DNA of 64,000 nt from an uncultured Candidatus Saccharibacteria bacterium (GTDB taxonomy: Bacteria > Patescibacteriota > Saccharimonadia > Saccharimonadales > Saccharimonadaceae): contig CAUQMR010000001.1 in NCBI GenBank assembly GCA_963519285.1, positions 852 through 64,851 on the forward strand, read 5' to 3'. The notes under the pieces were generated by a model, which worked only from the letters and a program-made list of their open reading frames with translations, searched no databases and was not told the DNA's origin. Both the position numbers and the translations under genes were made by a program. Positions 28,132 through 37,122 of this stretch are shown in pieces. The stretch's first letter is position 1. Every line of letters starts with the position of its first letter.

Positions 28132-29839
28132 ACATGATATCCTCAAGTTTACGAGTTATCTCGGCTATTTTGCCCCATGACTGGCCTTTGGTGATGATTG
28201 ACATGACATACTTACCCTTTGGATGAGTCACGATAGCCGCATCATTCAGGTAGCCTTCCAAAAAACCAACCTTGTCCTGCACTGTACCATTACTCCCAGC
28301 CGGTATACCCTGACGATACACCTGTCGCTGCATCAAGCCCAACAAGAAGTCGCGGTGGCTACCTCTAACTAAAGTGCCGTCATCAATTCCCTTCAAAATC
28401 TTCGCCAAATCATTAGTCGACGTTATCACATACGATCCCCTGAGTGACGTCTCCTTAAAACCTTTGCCCTCACGCAAATATTCAGTAATACCGCTAGCGG
28501 TATATTGTGCTATAGTTGCCTCCGGACACGCATTATCTGAGTTTACAATCATCCGCGTTATACATTCTTGCACAGATGCCCCGCCGATTTTATCATTCAT
28601 AGTCAACTGATTATTATCAATTTTATCCATCAAAACCATAGCTATATATAGTTTGTAGGTGCTGGCCGACACACTAGACTCGTTGCCGCGCACCTGAGCA
28701 TTCCAGTTTTCGCCAGACAATTGGCTAATTGTCAGGCGAATATCATGATCACGCGCCACTGAATTGACATAAGCCTGCAGCCCCAGTGCCGAATGAGAAA
28801 ACGTCTCTTTATATACCGGCTGCGGAGGCAACTGTTTAGCCAGCAAGGCAATTTTACTATCTTTTTCCTCCGTACCAAGTAGCACCTCTTGTACTTTTGT
28901 CGTCATTTGCGCGACATCGATGCCCCGACCTGGCGCCCCATTCTCACGTTTCGTCTCTGTGCCGTCATGCATATAAATAACGGTTTTACCAGCTGGTTTA
29001 TTGACTACTTTGCCAAATGAATGTTCCAAAAACTCCGTTAGTTTCGCCTGATTGAGCGCTATTTTGGGGATATTATGTCCATCTTCGATGAAAGACAAAA
29101 GCTTTGCGATGGTTGATTTGTCTATCTTGACCGCCTTGCCTTCAAATTCCACGGCGATATTTCGCTGCAAAATCTTTTCAACACGAGAGCGTAACTCTTG
29201 CAGCTGTTTTTCCGTCACCTTGGCAGACAGACGTTTACCCTTCATCTGCACCTCGGTCTTGTCACCCAAAGAATACTGGGTCGAAGCTATCGCCTGACGC
29301 GCCTCAGCACTTTGCAGTTCACGACCAGCTTTCTCTGCTACAACCACCACCTTATCATTCTGAATCTCTACTCGTGCATTTTCGGGCGGCAATGTTAAGC
29401 TGTCACCATATTCAGCCATCTTCGCTTCCAACGCACTTTCATCAAATTTCACTTCAGCATTGTTAACCTCGACCGAACGCCACCATAAACTAAACGGCAT
29501 CAATCGCTGCCACCACGGATAATCCAACGCTTTGTCAGCCACACAACGACCGCACACTGTGCCACCAAAATTGCCTACAGAAGCTTCCTGCTTACCATTT
29601 CTTGTCGCAAATTGCAGCTGTGTCTGTGGAGCACTATCCTTCGCTAACTGTTCAATATCGTTGCGTGTCCACCAGCTAACACTCCGTCCCATCATGTGCG
29701 CCTTGCTAGTCAAGCGATCCCCAGGAAAGCTCATCTGAACAACCACAGACAACAGACAGATTAAACAAAAACTAACACCACCATAAAAGACCCATCTCAA
29801 CGATGAGTCTTGATGACATCTTTTACAAAAACGACGCAT
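28121..29839 (-). CDS. Membrane-anchored serine hydrolase (class A beta-lactamase/PBP fold) with PG-binding-like stalk
   Basis: SASTYK (SxxK), SDN, KVG motifs at the C-terminus; N-terminal TM and VanW/PG_binding_4-like region. Start uncertain. Confidence 0.8.
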   Translation of the reverse strand: MRRFCKRCHQDSSLRWVFYGGVSFCLICLLSVVVQMSFPGDRLTSKAHMMGRSVSWWTRNDIEQLAKDSAPQTQLQFATRNGKQEASVGNFGGTVCGRCVADKALDYPWWQRLMPFSLWWRSVEVNNAEVKFDESALEAKMAEYGDSLTLPPENARVEIQNDKVVVVAEKAGRELQSAEARQAIASTQYSLGDKTEVQMKGKRLSAKVTEKQLQELRSRVEKILQRNIAVEFEGKAVKIDKSTIAKLLSFIEDGHNIPKIALNQAKLTEFLEHSFGKVVNKPAGKTVIYMHDGTETKRENGAPGRGIDVAQMTTKVQEVLLGTEEKDSKIALLAKQLPPQPVYKETFSHSALGLQAYVNSVARDHDIRLTISQLSGENWNAQVRGNESSVSASTYKLYIAMVLMDKIDNNQLTMNDKIGGASVQECITRMIVNSDNACPEATIAQYTASGITEYLREGKGFKETSLRGSYVITSTNDLAKILKGIDDGTLVRGSHRDFLLGLMQRQVYRQGIPAGSNGTVQDKVGFLEGYLNDAAIVTHPKGKYVMSIITKGQSWGKIAEITRKLEDIMYGG

Positions 29840-29888
29840 TCGAAGACGTATAATCTTCAACCGTAGCGTGAGGTATTTCCTCAGTTCT

Positions 29889-30449
29889 CTACTTTTTTCT
29901 TTCCCTATATTCACCAGTTGTTGTATCGACATTAACAATATCCCCTTGTTTGATAAATGCTGGCACTTTGATGACTAAACCAGTTTCCAGTGTCGCATCT
30001 TTCAATACGCTCGATGTCGTATCACCCTTCACGACATCTTCAGTATATGTCACTTCTAGGTAGAGGTTTTTTGGTAACTCTACATTGATGACTCGCCCAT
30101 CAAAAAACTGCAGGCTCAATGAGTCACCTTCCTTCAAAAAGTTAGCCGCTGAGTCGACGATTGCTGCGCCTAATTCAAATTGTTCAAAGCTCTCAGGATC
30201 CATAAAGTAAAATGTTTCACCATCACGGTACAGGTACTGAACAGTTTTATTGGTCACTTCAGCTGACTCAATCTTCTCTTGCCCCTTGAAGGTTTTCGGG
30301 ATAACACTGCCGTCAATCAAGTTTTTCAATTTCACATTAACAATCGATCCACCGCGGCCCATCACCTTCTGACCGTATTCAACCACGCGATATGGCTTAC
30401 CGTCTATTTGGCAAATCGTTCCTTTTTTTAACTCTGTTGGCTGGTACAT
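29889..30449 (-). CDS. efp: Elongation factor P
   Basis: ELKKG, QYLYRDG..FYFMDPESFEQ, VKGDT..KDATLETG..VPAFIKQG. Confidence 0.96.
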   Translation of the reverse strand: MYQPTELKKGTICQIDGKPYRVVEYGQKVMGRGGSIVNVKLKNLIDGSVIPKTFKGQEKIESAEVTNKTVQYLYRDGETFYFMDPESFEQFELGAAIVDSAANFLKEGDSLSLQFFDGRVINVELPKNLYLEVTYTEDVVKGDTTSSVLKDATLETGLVIKVPAFIKQGDIVNVDTTTGEYRERKK

Positions 30450-30525
30450 CCTTGCTCCTTTATTTCATCTTTAGAACTGTTGGCCGGCGCGCCACATCCT
30501 TTGGTGCGCCGAAAAATGTTCCAAA

Positions 30526-30726
30526 TTAGCCGTGTGTCACGAATGGCAACAATGCCAAGTGGCGGGCGCGTTTGATGGCGACTGCCAGGCTTCGCTGCTG
30601 TTTCTCAGTCAAACCAGTTTTTGCAATTGATTCAATTTGACCGTACACGTTGGTGTATCGTTGCAACGTCTTTACGTCTCGGTAGTCAAATACACTTGGT
30701 GTATCCTTTTTTTGTCGTTTAGCCAT
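30526..30726 (-). CDS. rpsR: 30S ribosomal protein S18 (no Zn ligands)
   Basis: [28 protein letters not shown]; rpsF-ssb-rpsR order. Confidence 0.95.
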   Translation of the reverse strand: MAKRQKKDTPSVFDYRDVKTLQRYTNVYGQIESIAKTGLTEKQQRSLAVAIKRARHLALLPFVTHG

Positions 30727-30739
30727 TTTCTACTCCTTG

Positions 30740-31159
30740 TTAGAACGGAATTTCTGATAAATCAATCGGTTTATCATCAATCTCCGTCACTACTTCTTCT
30801 TTCGTTGATATATTTGCCGTTGAGCTGGCAGTGTCGCTACTTGGCCCATCCAGGAAGGTCACATCAGAGGCAACCACTTCAATTCGTGAACGTCGCTTGC
30901 CAGTTTCCTTGTCTTCCCAGCTGTCTTGGCGAAGGCGTCCTTGTACCAATACGCGCCGGCCTTTTGATAGATACTGCATAACCAACTCACCGAGCTTCTC
31001 CCATGCAGTTACATCAAAGAAATCAGCTTGATCATCTTGTGTTTGGCGATCCACCGCTATAGAAAAGCTCACAACTGTCCTTCCTGACGTTGTCGTGCGC
31101 TGCTCGGGATCACGGGTCAATCTTCCCATCAAAATGACTTGATTGATACTTCGTGCCAT
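30740..31159 (-). CDS. ssb: Single-stranded DNA-binding protein
   Basis: INQVILMGRLTRDPE, acidic C-terminus DLSEIPF. Confidence 0.97.
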   Translation of the reverse strand: MARSINQVILMGRLTRDPEQRTTTSGRTVVSFSIAVDRQTQDDQADFFDVTAWEKLGELVMQYLSKGRRVLVQGRLRQDSWEDKETGKRRSRIEVVASDVTFLDGPSSDTASSTANISTKEEVVTEIDDKPIDLSEIPF

Positions 31160-31208
31160 AGTGTTACCCTCCTTGTTATAGGTTTATTATCGATATCGGT
31201 TGCGATAA

Positions 31209-31568
31209 TTATGCGTCAGCTTCAGCGGCTTCAGCAGCCATCTTCTCAGATCGCTCGCGCTGCTCTGCCAATGCCTGACGGGTCTTTTCATCGGTCTTTA
31301 CCAATAAGTAGCGCAGTACTTCGTCAGTGATGTTCAATGTGCTTGAAATCTTGCGTGGTGCGTCTGATGGTAGTGTTGCCTCAAAATACACATACACTGC
31401 GAAATCTTCGCGGCGAATTTGGTAAGCCAGTTTTTTCTTACCCCAGTTATCTTCTTTGGTGATTTCACCACCATTGTCTTTGATCAACGCTCGAACCTTG
31501 TCCAGCGCCGCGTCCAAATTTGCTTCCAAATCTGGATGAATAAGAACGGTCAGTTCGTATTCGTTCAT
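31209..31568 (-). CDS. rpsF: 30S ribosomal protein S6
   Basis: YELTVLIHPDL, WGKKKLAYQI, VLRYL; AAGGAGG before ATG 31568. Confidence 0.96.
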   Translation of the reverse strand: MNEYELTVLIHPDLEANLDAALDKVRALIKDNGGEITKEDNWGKKKLAYQIRREDFAVYVYFEATLPSDAPRKISSTLNITDEVLRYLLVKTDEKTRQALAEQRERSEKMAAEAAEADA

Positions 31569-31635
31569 GTTTCCTCCTTCGGAATCCTTCACGGATGGTT
31601 ATGCTATCTCACATAACCTTAGGTTATTATTCCCT
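31569..31635 (-). promoter_or_regulatory. Structured rpsF leader, candidate S6:S18 autoregulatory element
   Basis: GGTTATG/CATAACC hairpin followed by ATCC..GGAT and CCG next to the SD; TATAAT upstream. Confidence 0.45.
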
Positions 31636-31704
31636 CGTATTATACGGTAATCTGATGTAAAAGTCCAGTGATGCGCCCTGTCGGGCCATGCTACAATAGA
31701 ATTC

Positions 31705-32514
31705 ATGCGTATCGCTATTCAAGGGCAAGCCGGATCATTTCACGAACAAGCAGCAAAACAATGGTACGGGCCTGACGCCACCATCGTTCCGCGCATGACC
31801 TTCGGCGATGTTTTTCAAACCTATGCTCGCGGCCAGGCTGACGCCATTGTCGTGGCGGTGGAAAATACCATTTACGGCACCATCAACGAAACCTACCGTC
31901 ACATCGAATCCTGCAGCGCTCCTATCGTCGGTGAAGTGACACTTACCATTCAACAAACCCTCATCACCAGTCCAGGTACAAAGCTTGAAGACATCACTTC
32001 TGTCTATTCACATCCTGTCGCCCTGTCGCAGTGCCATCAATTTCTCCAAGAACACCTACCGCAAGCCGCACAAATTGAATATTTTGATACCGCTGGCGCT
32101 GTCGAATTTATCAAGCAACAGGGTTCATCACGCCTGGCAGCCATCGCCGGTGAAACCGCTGCCCAACTGTATAATATGCCAATTCTCAAGCGACACATCC
32201 AAGACGGTCAGGATAATATCACTCGCTTCCTCGTCCTTGATCCAACCGCCACAGTGACTGACGCCGATCGAGCAACCCTCGTTGTCACCACCGCCCATCA
32301 ACCAGGTAGCCTGCTCGAGATACTCCGTACCTTTGCTAACCAGTCCATCAACCTTGCCAGCCTCCAGTCTCAGCCCATCATCGGCCAACCGTGGAACTAC
32401 AAATTCTTCATAACCGTTGATGCTGCTGGTCCGTCATTACACCGCGCCATCAACAAAATCACCGCAACCGGTCACAAAGTCACGCTACTTGGAGAATACC
32501 AAACAGCACGATAA
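31705..32514 (+). CDS. pheA: Prephenate dehydratase (PDT + ACT domain)
   Basis: IAIQGQAGSFH, VENTIYG, YSHPVALSQC, NITRF, ACT domain with PGSL. Confidence 0.92.
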   Translation: MRIAIQGQAGSFHEQAAKQWYGPDATIVPRMTFGDVFQTYARGQADAIVVAVENTIYGTINETYRHIESCSAPIVGEVTLTIQQTLITSPGTKLEDITSVYSHPVALSQCHQFLQEHLPQAAQIEYFDTAGAVEFIKQQGSSRLAAIAGETAAQLYNMPILKRHIQDGQDNITRFLVLDPTATVTDADRATLVVTTAHQPGSLLEILRTFANQSINLASLQSQPIIGQPWNYKFFITVDAAGPSLHRAINKITATGHKVTLLGEYQTAR

Positions 32515-32529
32515 CTAGATCATTTCAAA

Positions 32530-34755
32530 TTAGCTATCACCAAGCTCATCAAGGCTTGATACCAACACCTCTCGTGGCTTCGATCCATTAGCTGGACCGA
32601 TAATCCCCCGGTCTTCCATCTCGGCCATGATACGAGCAGCTCGACCATACCCAATCTTCAACCGCATCTGTAATAAACTAGTGGAGGCTCGACGACTCTC
32701 GATGACCAAGCGAACAGCATCCTTAAACATCGCGTCACCGTCATTACCTTCCAAATTCACCATCACGCCACCCTTACCATTGAGCTGAACAGGCTGCGCA
32801 ACCACTTCATCATTGTACTGCGGTGCTGACTGCATCCTGAGATAGTCCGTTATCTTATTGACTTCGTCATCAGTCACCCATGCACCCTGAATACGCTTTG
32901 GCTTGCTCATGCTTGGTGTGTACAGCAACATATCACCCTGACCAAGCAGTTTCTCAGCACCAATCTGGTCCAGAATAGTTCGTGAGTCAACCTGAGAAGC
33001 TACGGTAAAGCCAATTCGTGCTGGCACATTCGCCTTGATCAAACCAGTGATCACGTCAACACTCGGCCGCTGCGTCGCCAAGACCAAATGAATACCCACT
33101 GCTCGGGCTTTCTGTGCCAAGCGAACAACCAACGCTTCAACATCACGCGCTGCCACCATCATCAAATCAGCCAACTCGTCAATGACGATGACGATGTATG
33201 GCATCGCTCCGTCTTCATGTTGCTGAACATTTCCGTTCTCATCAGCAACCGGGATTTTCGTGCCAGCAGTCTTGATTTTTTTGTTATAGCTCTTAATATC
33301 ACGAATTTTCTCCGCCGCCAACAACTTATAGCGCCGCTCCATCTCATTGACCGCCCATTTCAGGGCCGAGATAGTCTTTTCTGGCTCAGTAATCACTGGA
33401 GTTAACAGATGTGGGATATCCTCGTACGGTGCCATTTCCACCTGCTTTGGGTCAACCAAGATCAATTTCATGTCGCTCGGACTATTGCGATATAACAAAC
33501 TAGTCAATAGAGTATTAATCATCACCGACTTACCAGAACCGGTCTGACCAGCGATCAACATGTGCGGCATCTTGTTCAGCTCACCAACCACTGCTTCACC
33601 CGAGATATCCTTACCGATAGCAAAGCTCAACGGTTCATGGGCGTGCTTCCATTGTTTCGAATCCAACACACCATATAGTCGCACATCAGCCGCTCGTCGG
33701 TTTGGCACCTCAATACCAACGGCTTTTTGCCCAGGAATCGGCGCCTCAATCCGCAAACTCTGCGCCGCCAAATTCAAAGCAATATTCGTCTCCAGTGCTG
33801 TGATGCGCGTCAATTTCACACCACTCGGCGGCCGCAAAGTATATTGCGTCACCTTCGGCCCAATATTGGCGTCTTCCATCTCTACATCAATGTTAAATTC
33901 CGCCAAGGTGTCGTGAATGATCTGCGCGTTTTGCCGAATATCACCAGCATCAGCCGGGCTTTGCTTTTTCTCTAGTAGATCCAGGCTTGGTGATTGCCAA
34001 TTTGGATCATGCACCGAAACTAATGCTGCCTGTTCCTCGGCAGATTTGTCCTGCTTTACGCTACCCCGCAAACTACTTAACGGCGACGATTTTTTGGCTT
34101 TAGCTGGTTCTTCTGTATCTACCGTCGGCACGCCAGCGTTCAAATTAATCTCGCTAACCTTTCGTGGCTCTGCTTTTTCCGCCTTGGCAGCCTGTCGCAT
34201 GATTGCTTTGTTCTCATCGTCCTCCGAAGAGTCACGCCGCATCATCTCCCATATCTTACCAAACAACTCGACTGGGGTCATGAGCGTGATGAACAATGCA
34301 GTGATAAGGATGAGAACGATATATATCAGAGCGACAATTGGCTTTTCTGCCAGGGTCATCATTATATTATTAGCAACATCCCCAATAACACCACCAGCCT
34401 CCGGGCGGGCGGCAGTCTTCAGTAGTCCAAACAGCCCACTCAGCCACACCACCTCCAAAACAGCCGCTATTTTCATGGCAATTGGCAATCGATTATTCTC
34501 TGCGCGGAAAGTCTCCACCGCAATATACACCAACAACACTGGCAGAGCATACATAGCGTAACCAACGACCTTCAAAGCGGCGTGGTTGGTCCATTCCAAC
34601 ACTGGGCCACCGACATCAAACCATGCCACCACTAACAGTAATGACAGCACTATCATCAAGACCGCCCCAACTTGCGACCAAAAGCCACTCGGCACATCAT
34701 GTTTTGGCGCGGTCGCCACTGATTTCTTTTTCGTAGTCTTTCGTTTTTTAGGCAT
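32530..34755 (-). CDS. ftsK: DNA translocase FtsK
   Basis: 4 TM N-terminus, PHMLIAGQTGSGKS, IDELADLM, ATQRPS, gamma domain. Confidence 0.97.
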   Translation of the reverse strand: MPKKRKTTKKKSVATAPKHDVPSGFWSQVGAVLMIVLSLLLVVAWFDVGGPVLEWTNHAALKVVGYAMYALPVLLVYIAVETFRAENNRLPIAMKIAAVLEVVWLSGLFGLLKTAARPEAGGVIGDVANNIMMTLAEKPIVALIYIVLILITALFITLMTPVELFGKIWEMMRRDSSEDDENKAIMRQAAKAEKAEPRKVSEINLNAGVPTVDTEEPAKAKKSSPLSSLRGSVKQDKSAEEQAALVSVHDPNWQSPSLDLLEKKQSPADAGDIRQNAQIIHDTLAEFNIDVEMEDANIGPKVTQYTLRPPSGVKLTRITALETNIALNLAAQSLRIEAPIPGQKAVGIEVPNRRAADVRLYGVLDSKQWKHAHEPLSFAIGKDISGEAVVGELNKMPHMLIAGQTGSGKSVMINTLLTSLLYRNSPSDMKLILVDPKQVEMAPYEDIPHLLTPVITEPEKTISALKWAVNEMERRYKLLAAEKIRDIKSYNKKIKTAGTKIPVADENGNVQQHEDGAMPYIVIVIDELADLMMVAARDVEALVVRLAQKARAVGIHLVLATQRPSVDVITGLIKANVPARIGFTVASQVDSRTILDQIGAEKLLGQGDMLLYTPSMSKPKRIQGAWVTDDEVNKITDYLRMQSAPQYNDEVVAQPVQLNGKGGVMVNLEGNDGDAMFKDAVRLVIESRRASTSLLQMRLKIGYGRAARIMAEMEDRGIIGPANGSKPREVLVSSLDELGDS

Positions 34756-34827
34756 AACTGTTATTTATTATACCCCGTTTTACGGATTATCGCACTTATT
34801 TATTATATCATACTTTATTAAATATGT

Positions 34828-36969
34828 CTAATAAGCCGGTGCGTTGCGTCGCTCTCGAGCCTTGGTGTCGTTCGCCTCCGTGTCAGGGATTTGTTTAGCT
34901 GGAAATCGTTTTTTGGGTAGCTTTGGAACAACTGGGCTATCAGCCGCTGCTTCTGGCTTAGCTGCTCCCTGGACGCCCCGAGAAACTTTTCCTGGAGCTT
35001 TCAAGCCACCACCGATTTCATTGATAACAGGGATAACAATCGGTGTCCGACGCGTCTGATCATACAAAATATGCGTAACTTCATCCTTGATTTCCTTTTT
35101 CACCACATCAAGGTCATACTTGCCGGCAAAACTGCGGGCTGCTTTTTGCTTCAAGTACTGGCGGATCATGTTCATTAATTCCTCAGAATCACGCAAGTAA
35201 ATGAATCCTCGGGAGATAATATCCGGACTAGTCAACAGCCGTCCCGTACCGCGCTGCACCGTCAATACCACTACAAACATTCCCTCTTGAGACATATGGA
35301 TACGGTCTTTCAGTACCACCTCAGAGACGATAGCGCCCGTATCGTCATACATCACGCCACCAGCCTGAATTCGACCAGCCTTCTTAGCTTGCCGCTCAAT
35401 ATCAATTTCGATGATATCACCGGCATCACACACAAAGATATTCTTCCTGGGAATACCACACTCTTTTTCTGCTAGCCGCGCATTGTGCACCAGCATGTGG
35501 AACTCGCCGTGAATTGGCATATAGTACGTTGGATTCAAGGCATTAATCAGCTTAATATGATCATCGTAGTAGCCATGGCCCGACAAGTGTAGCGGCCCAA
35601 CCCCGGTCAAGTGCGTTTTACCGTTCTGAATTACATCAGAACCCTCGCGCATCAAACCATCAACGGTTCGCACCACGTTTTTCTCATTACCCGGAATCGG
35701 ATTGGAGCTAAACACCACCACATCAGAGCCTTTGATCTTCATGTATTTATGCGCGCCAGTCGCCATGCGATTTAACACGGCATTAAACTCACCCTGTGAA
35801 CCAGTACAAACCACCGTGACCTGGCTGTCTGGTAACTTGATGATGTCCTCCATCTTCATGACGGTATCTTTCGGGATCTTGATGGTTCCCGAACGCAGCG
35901 CCACTTCCAAGTTCTGAATCATTGAAAAGCCAGCAAACGCCACCTTACGGCCGTGCTTGTGTGCTTCTTCCAAAATCAACTGCAATCGGTGCACTTGTGA
36001 TGAGAAACAGCTCAAAATCACTCGGCTGCTACTAAATTTATCCATCACCTGACCGATGGAATATTGAATATCAAACTCCGTGTGCGTGTGTGTACCAGCC
36101 GACTCACAGTTGGTCGATTCGTTCATGAACATCAGAACGCCCTCTTTGGACGCCACTTCGGTCATGCGCTTGAGGTCAAATTTCTGACCGTCAACCGGAC
36201 TTTCCTCAAATCGCCAGTCACCAGAGTCAATTATCACACCCAGTGGTGTCCGAATGATCACCGCTGTCGAATCTGGAATAGAGTGATTCACCCGCACCAA
36301 TTCCACCGAAAAGTGTTTCGACACCTGAACAATTTCGTGACTCAATGGATCCATCACCCGAAAGTCTGGCTGAAAATCGGTATCCGCATCAGCCAGCGAC
36401 TTATCTAGCATGCCGATGGTAAACTTCGACGCATAGACTGGCGCTGGAATTCGGTGAATAAAATGCCGGAAAGAACCGATGTGATCAAGGTGTCCGTGAG
36501 TGAACACATGCGCCTTGATCTTGTGCTTATTTTCCTCCAGCCAGGTAATATCCGGTGTAATGTAATTGATACCTGGATAATCGCTGCCCGGAAACAGAAA
36601 GCCCATGTCGACAACGATAATTTCATCGTCGTATTCAATAGCGTTCATGTTTTTACCAATACCCATTTCGCCAACGCCACCAATTGGGATGATCCGTAGT
36701 TTTGGCTTGCCGCCGCGAGTCCGTTTTGGCTGCATTTTGGCACTAAATTGCTCGCCGCCATAGCCATTGTAAACTGATTTGTTCACCGGAATATTGATCA
36801 CATGCTGTGACGCCCTGAGATTAACATTCTCACTTGTTCGTCGCTGCGCGCGAAATACCTCACCTTTACGAGTGGTCGTACTATTTAATACTGCGTTGTT
36901 GCTTTTTTTCGACTGAGGACGCTTTTTAGCATCATCCTTCTGCGGTGTTGCTAGTCGCCGCTGACCCAT
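34828..36969 (-). CDS. rnj: Ribonuclease J
   Basis: GGVGEMGIGKNM, THGHLDHIG, HSIPD, CTGSQGE, HLSGH, PIHGE, ISRGF. Confidence 0.96.
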   Translation of the reverse strand: MGQRRLATPQKDDAKKRPQSKKSNNAVLNSTTTRKGEVFRAQRRTSENVNLRASQHVINIPVNKSVYNGYGGEQFSAKMQPKRTRGGKPKLRIIPIGGVGEMGIGKNMNAIEYDDEIIVVDMGFLFPGSDYPGINYITPDITWLEENKHKIKAHVFTHGHLDHIGSFRHFIHRIPAPVYASKFTIGMLDKSLADADTDFQPDFRVMDPLSHEIVQVSKHFSVELVRVNHSIPDSTAVIIRTPLGVIIDSGDWRFEESPVDGQKFDLKRMTEVASKEGVLMFMNESTNCESAGTHTHTEFDIQYSIGQVMDKFSSSRVILSCFSSQVHRLQLILEEAHKHGRKVAFAGFSMIQNLEVALRSGTIKIPKDTVMKMEDIIKLPDSQVTVVCTGSQGEFNAVLNRMATGAHKYMKIKGSDVVVFSSNPIPGNEKNVVRTVDGLMREGSDVIQNGKTHLTGVGPLHLSGHGYYDDHIKLINALNPTYYMPIHGEFHMLVHNARLAEKECGIPRKNIFVCDAGDIIEIDIERQAKKAGRIQAGGVMYDDTGAIVSEVVLKDRIHMSQEGMFVVVLTVQRGTGRLLTSPDIISRGFIYLRDSEELMNMIRQYLKQKAARSFAGKYDLDVVKKEIKDEVTHILYDQTRRTPIVIPVINEIGGGLKAPGKVSRGVQGAAKPEAAADSPVVPKLPKKRFPAKQIPDTEANDTKARERRNAPAY

Positions 36970-37122
36970 ATTGTTATACTCCTTTTTCGTTATAATAATT
37001 CAAAAATCAGGCAGAGAGTTATATTACTACTGTATAAATATCCTCTCGTTAGTAGTTCCAATTGTATCAAACCCCCGGTACTTTGTCAAAAGCGCGTAAT
37101 AACAGCACCACTGTTATCTATA

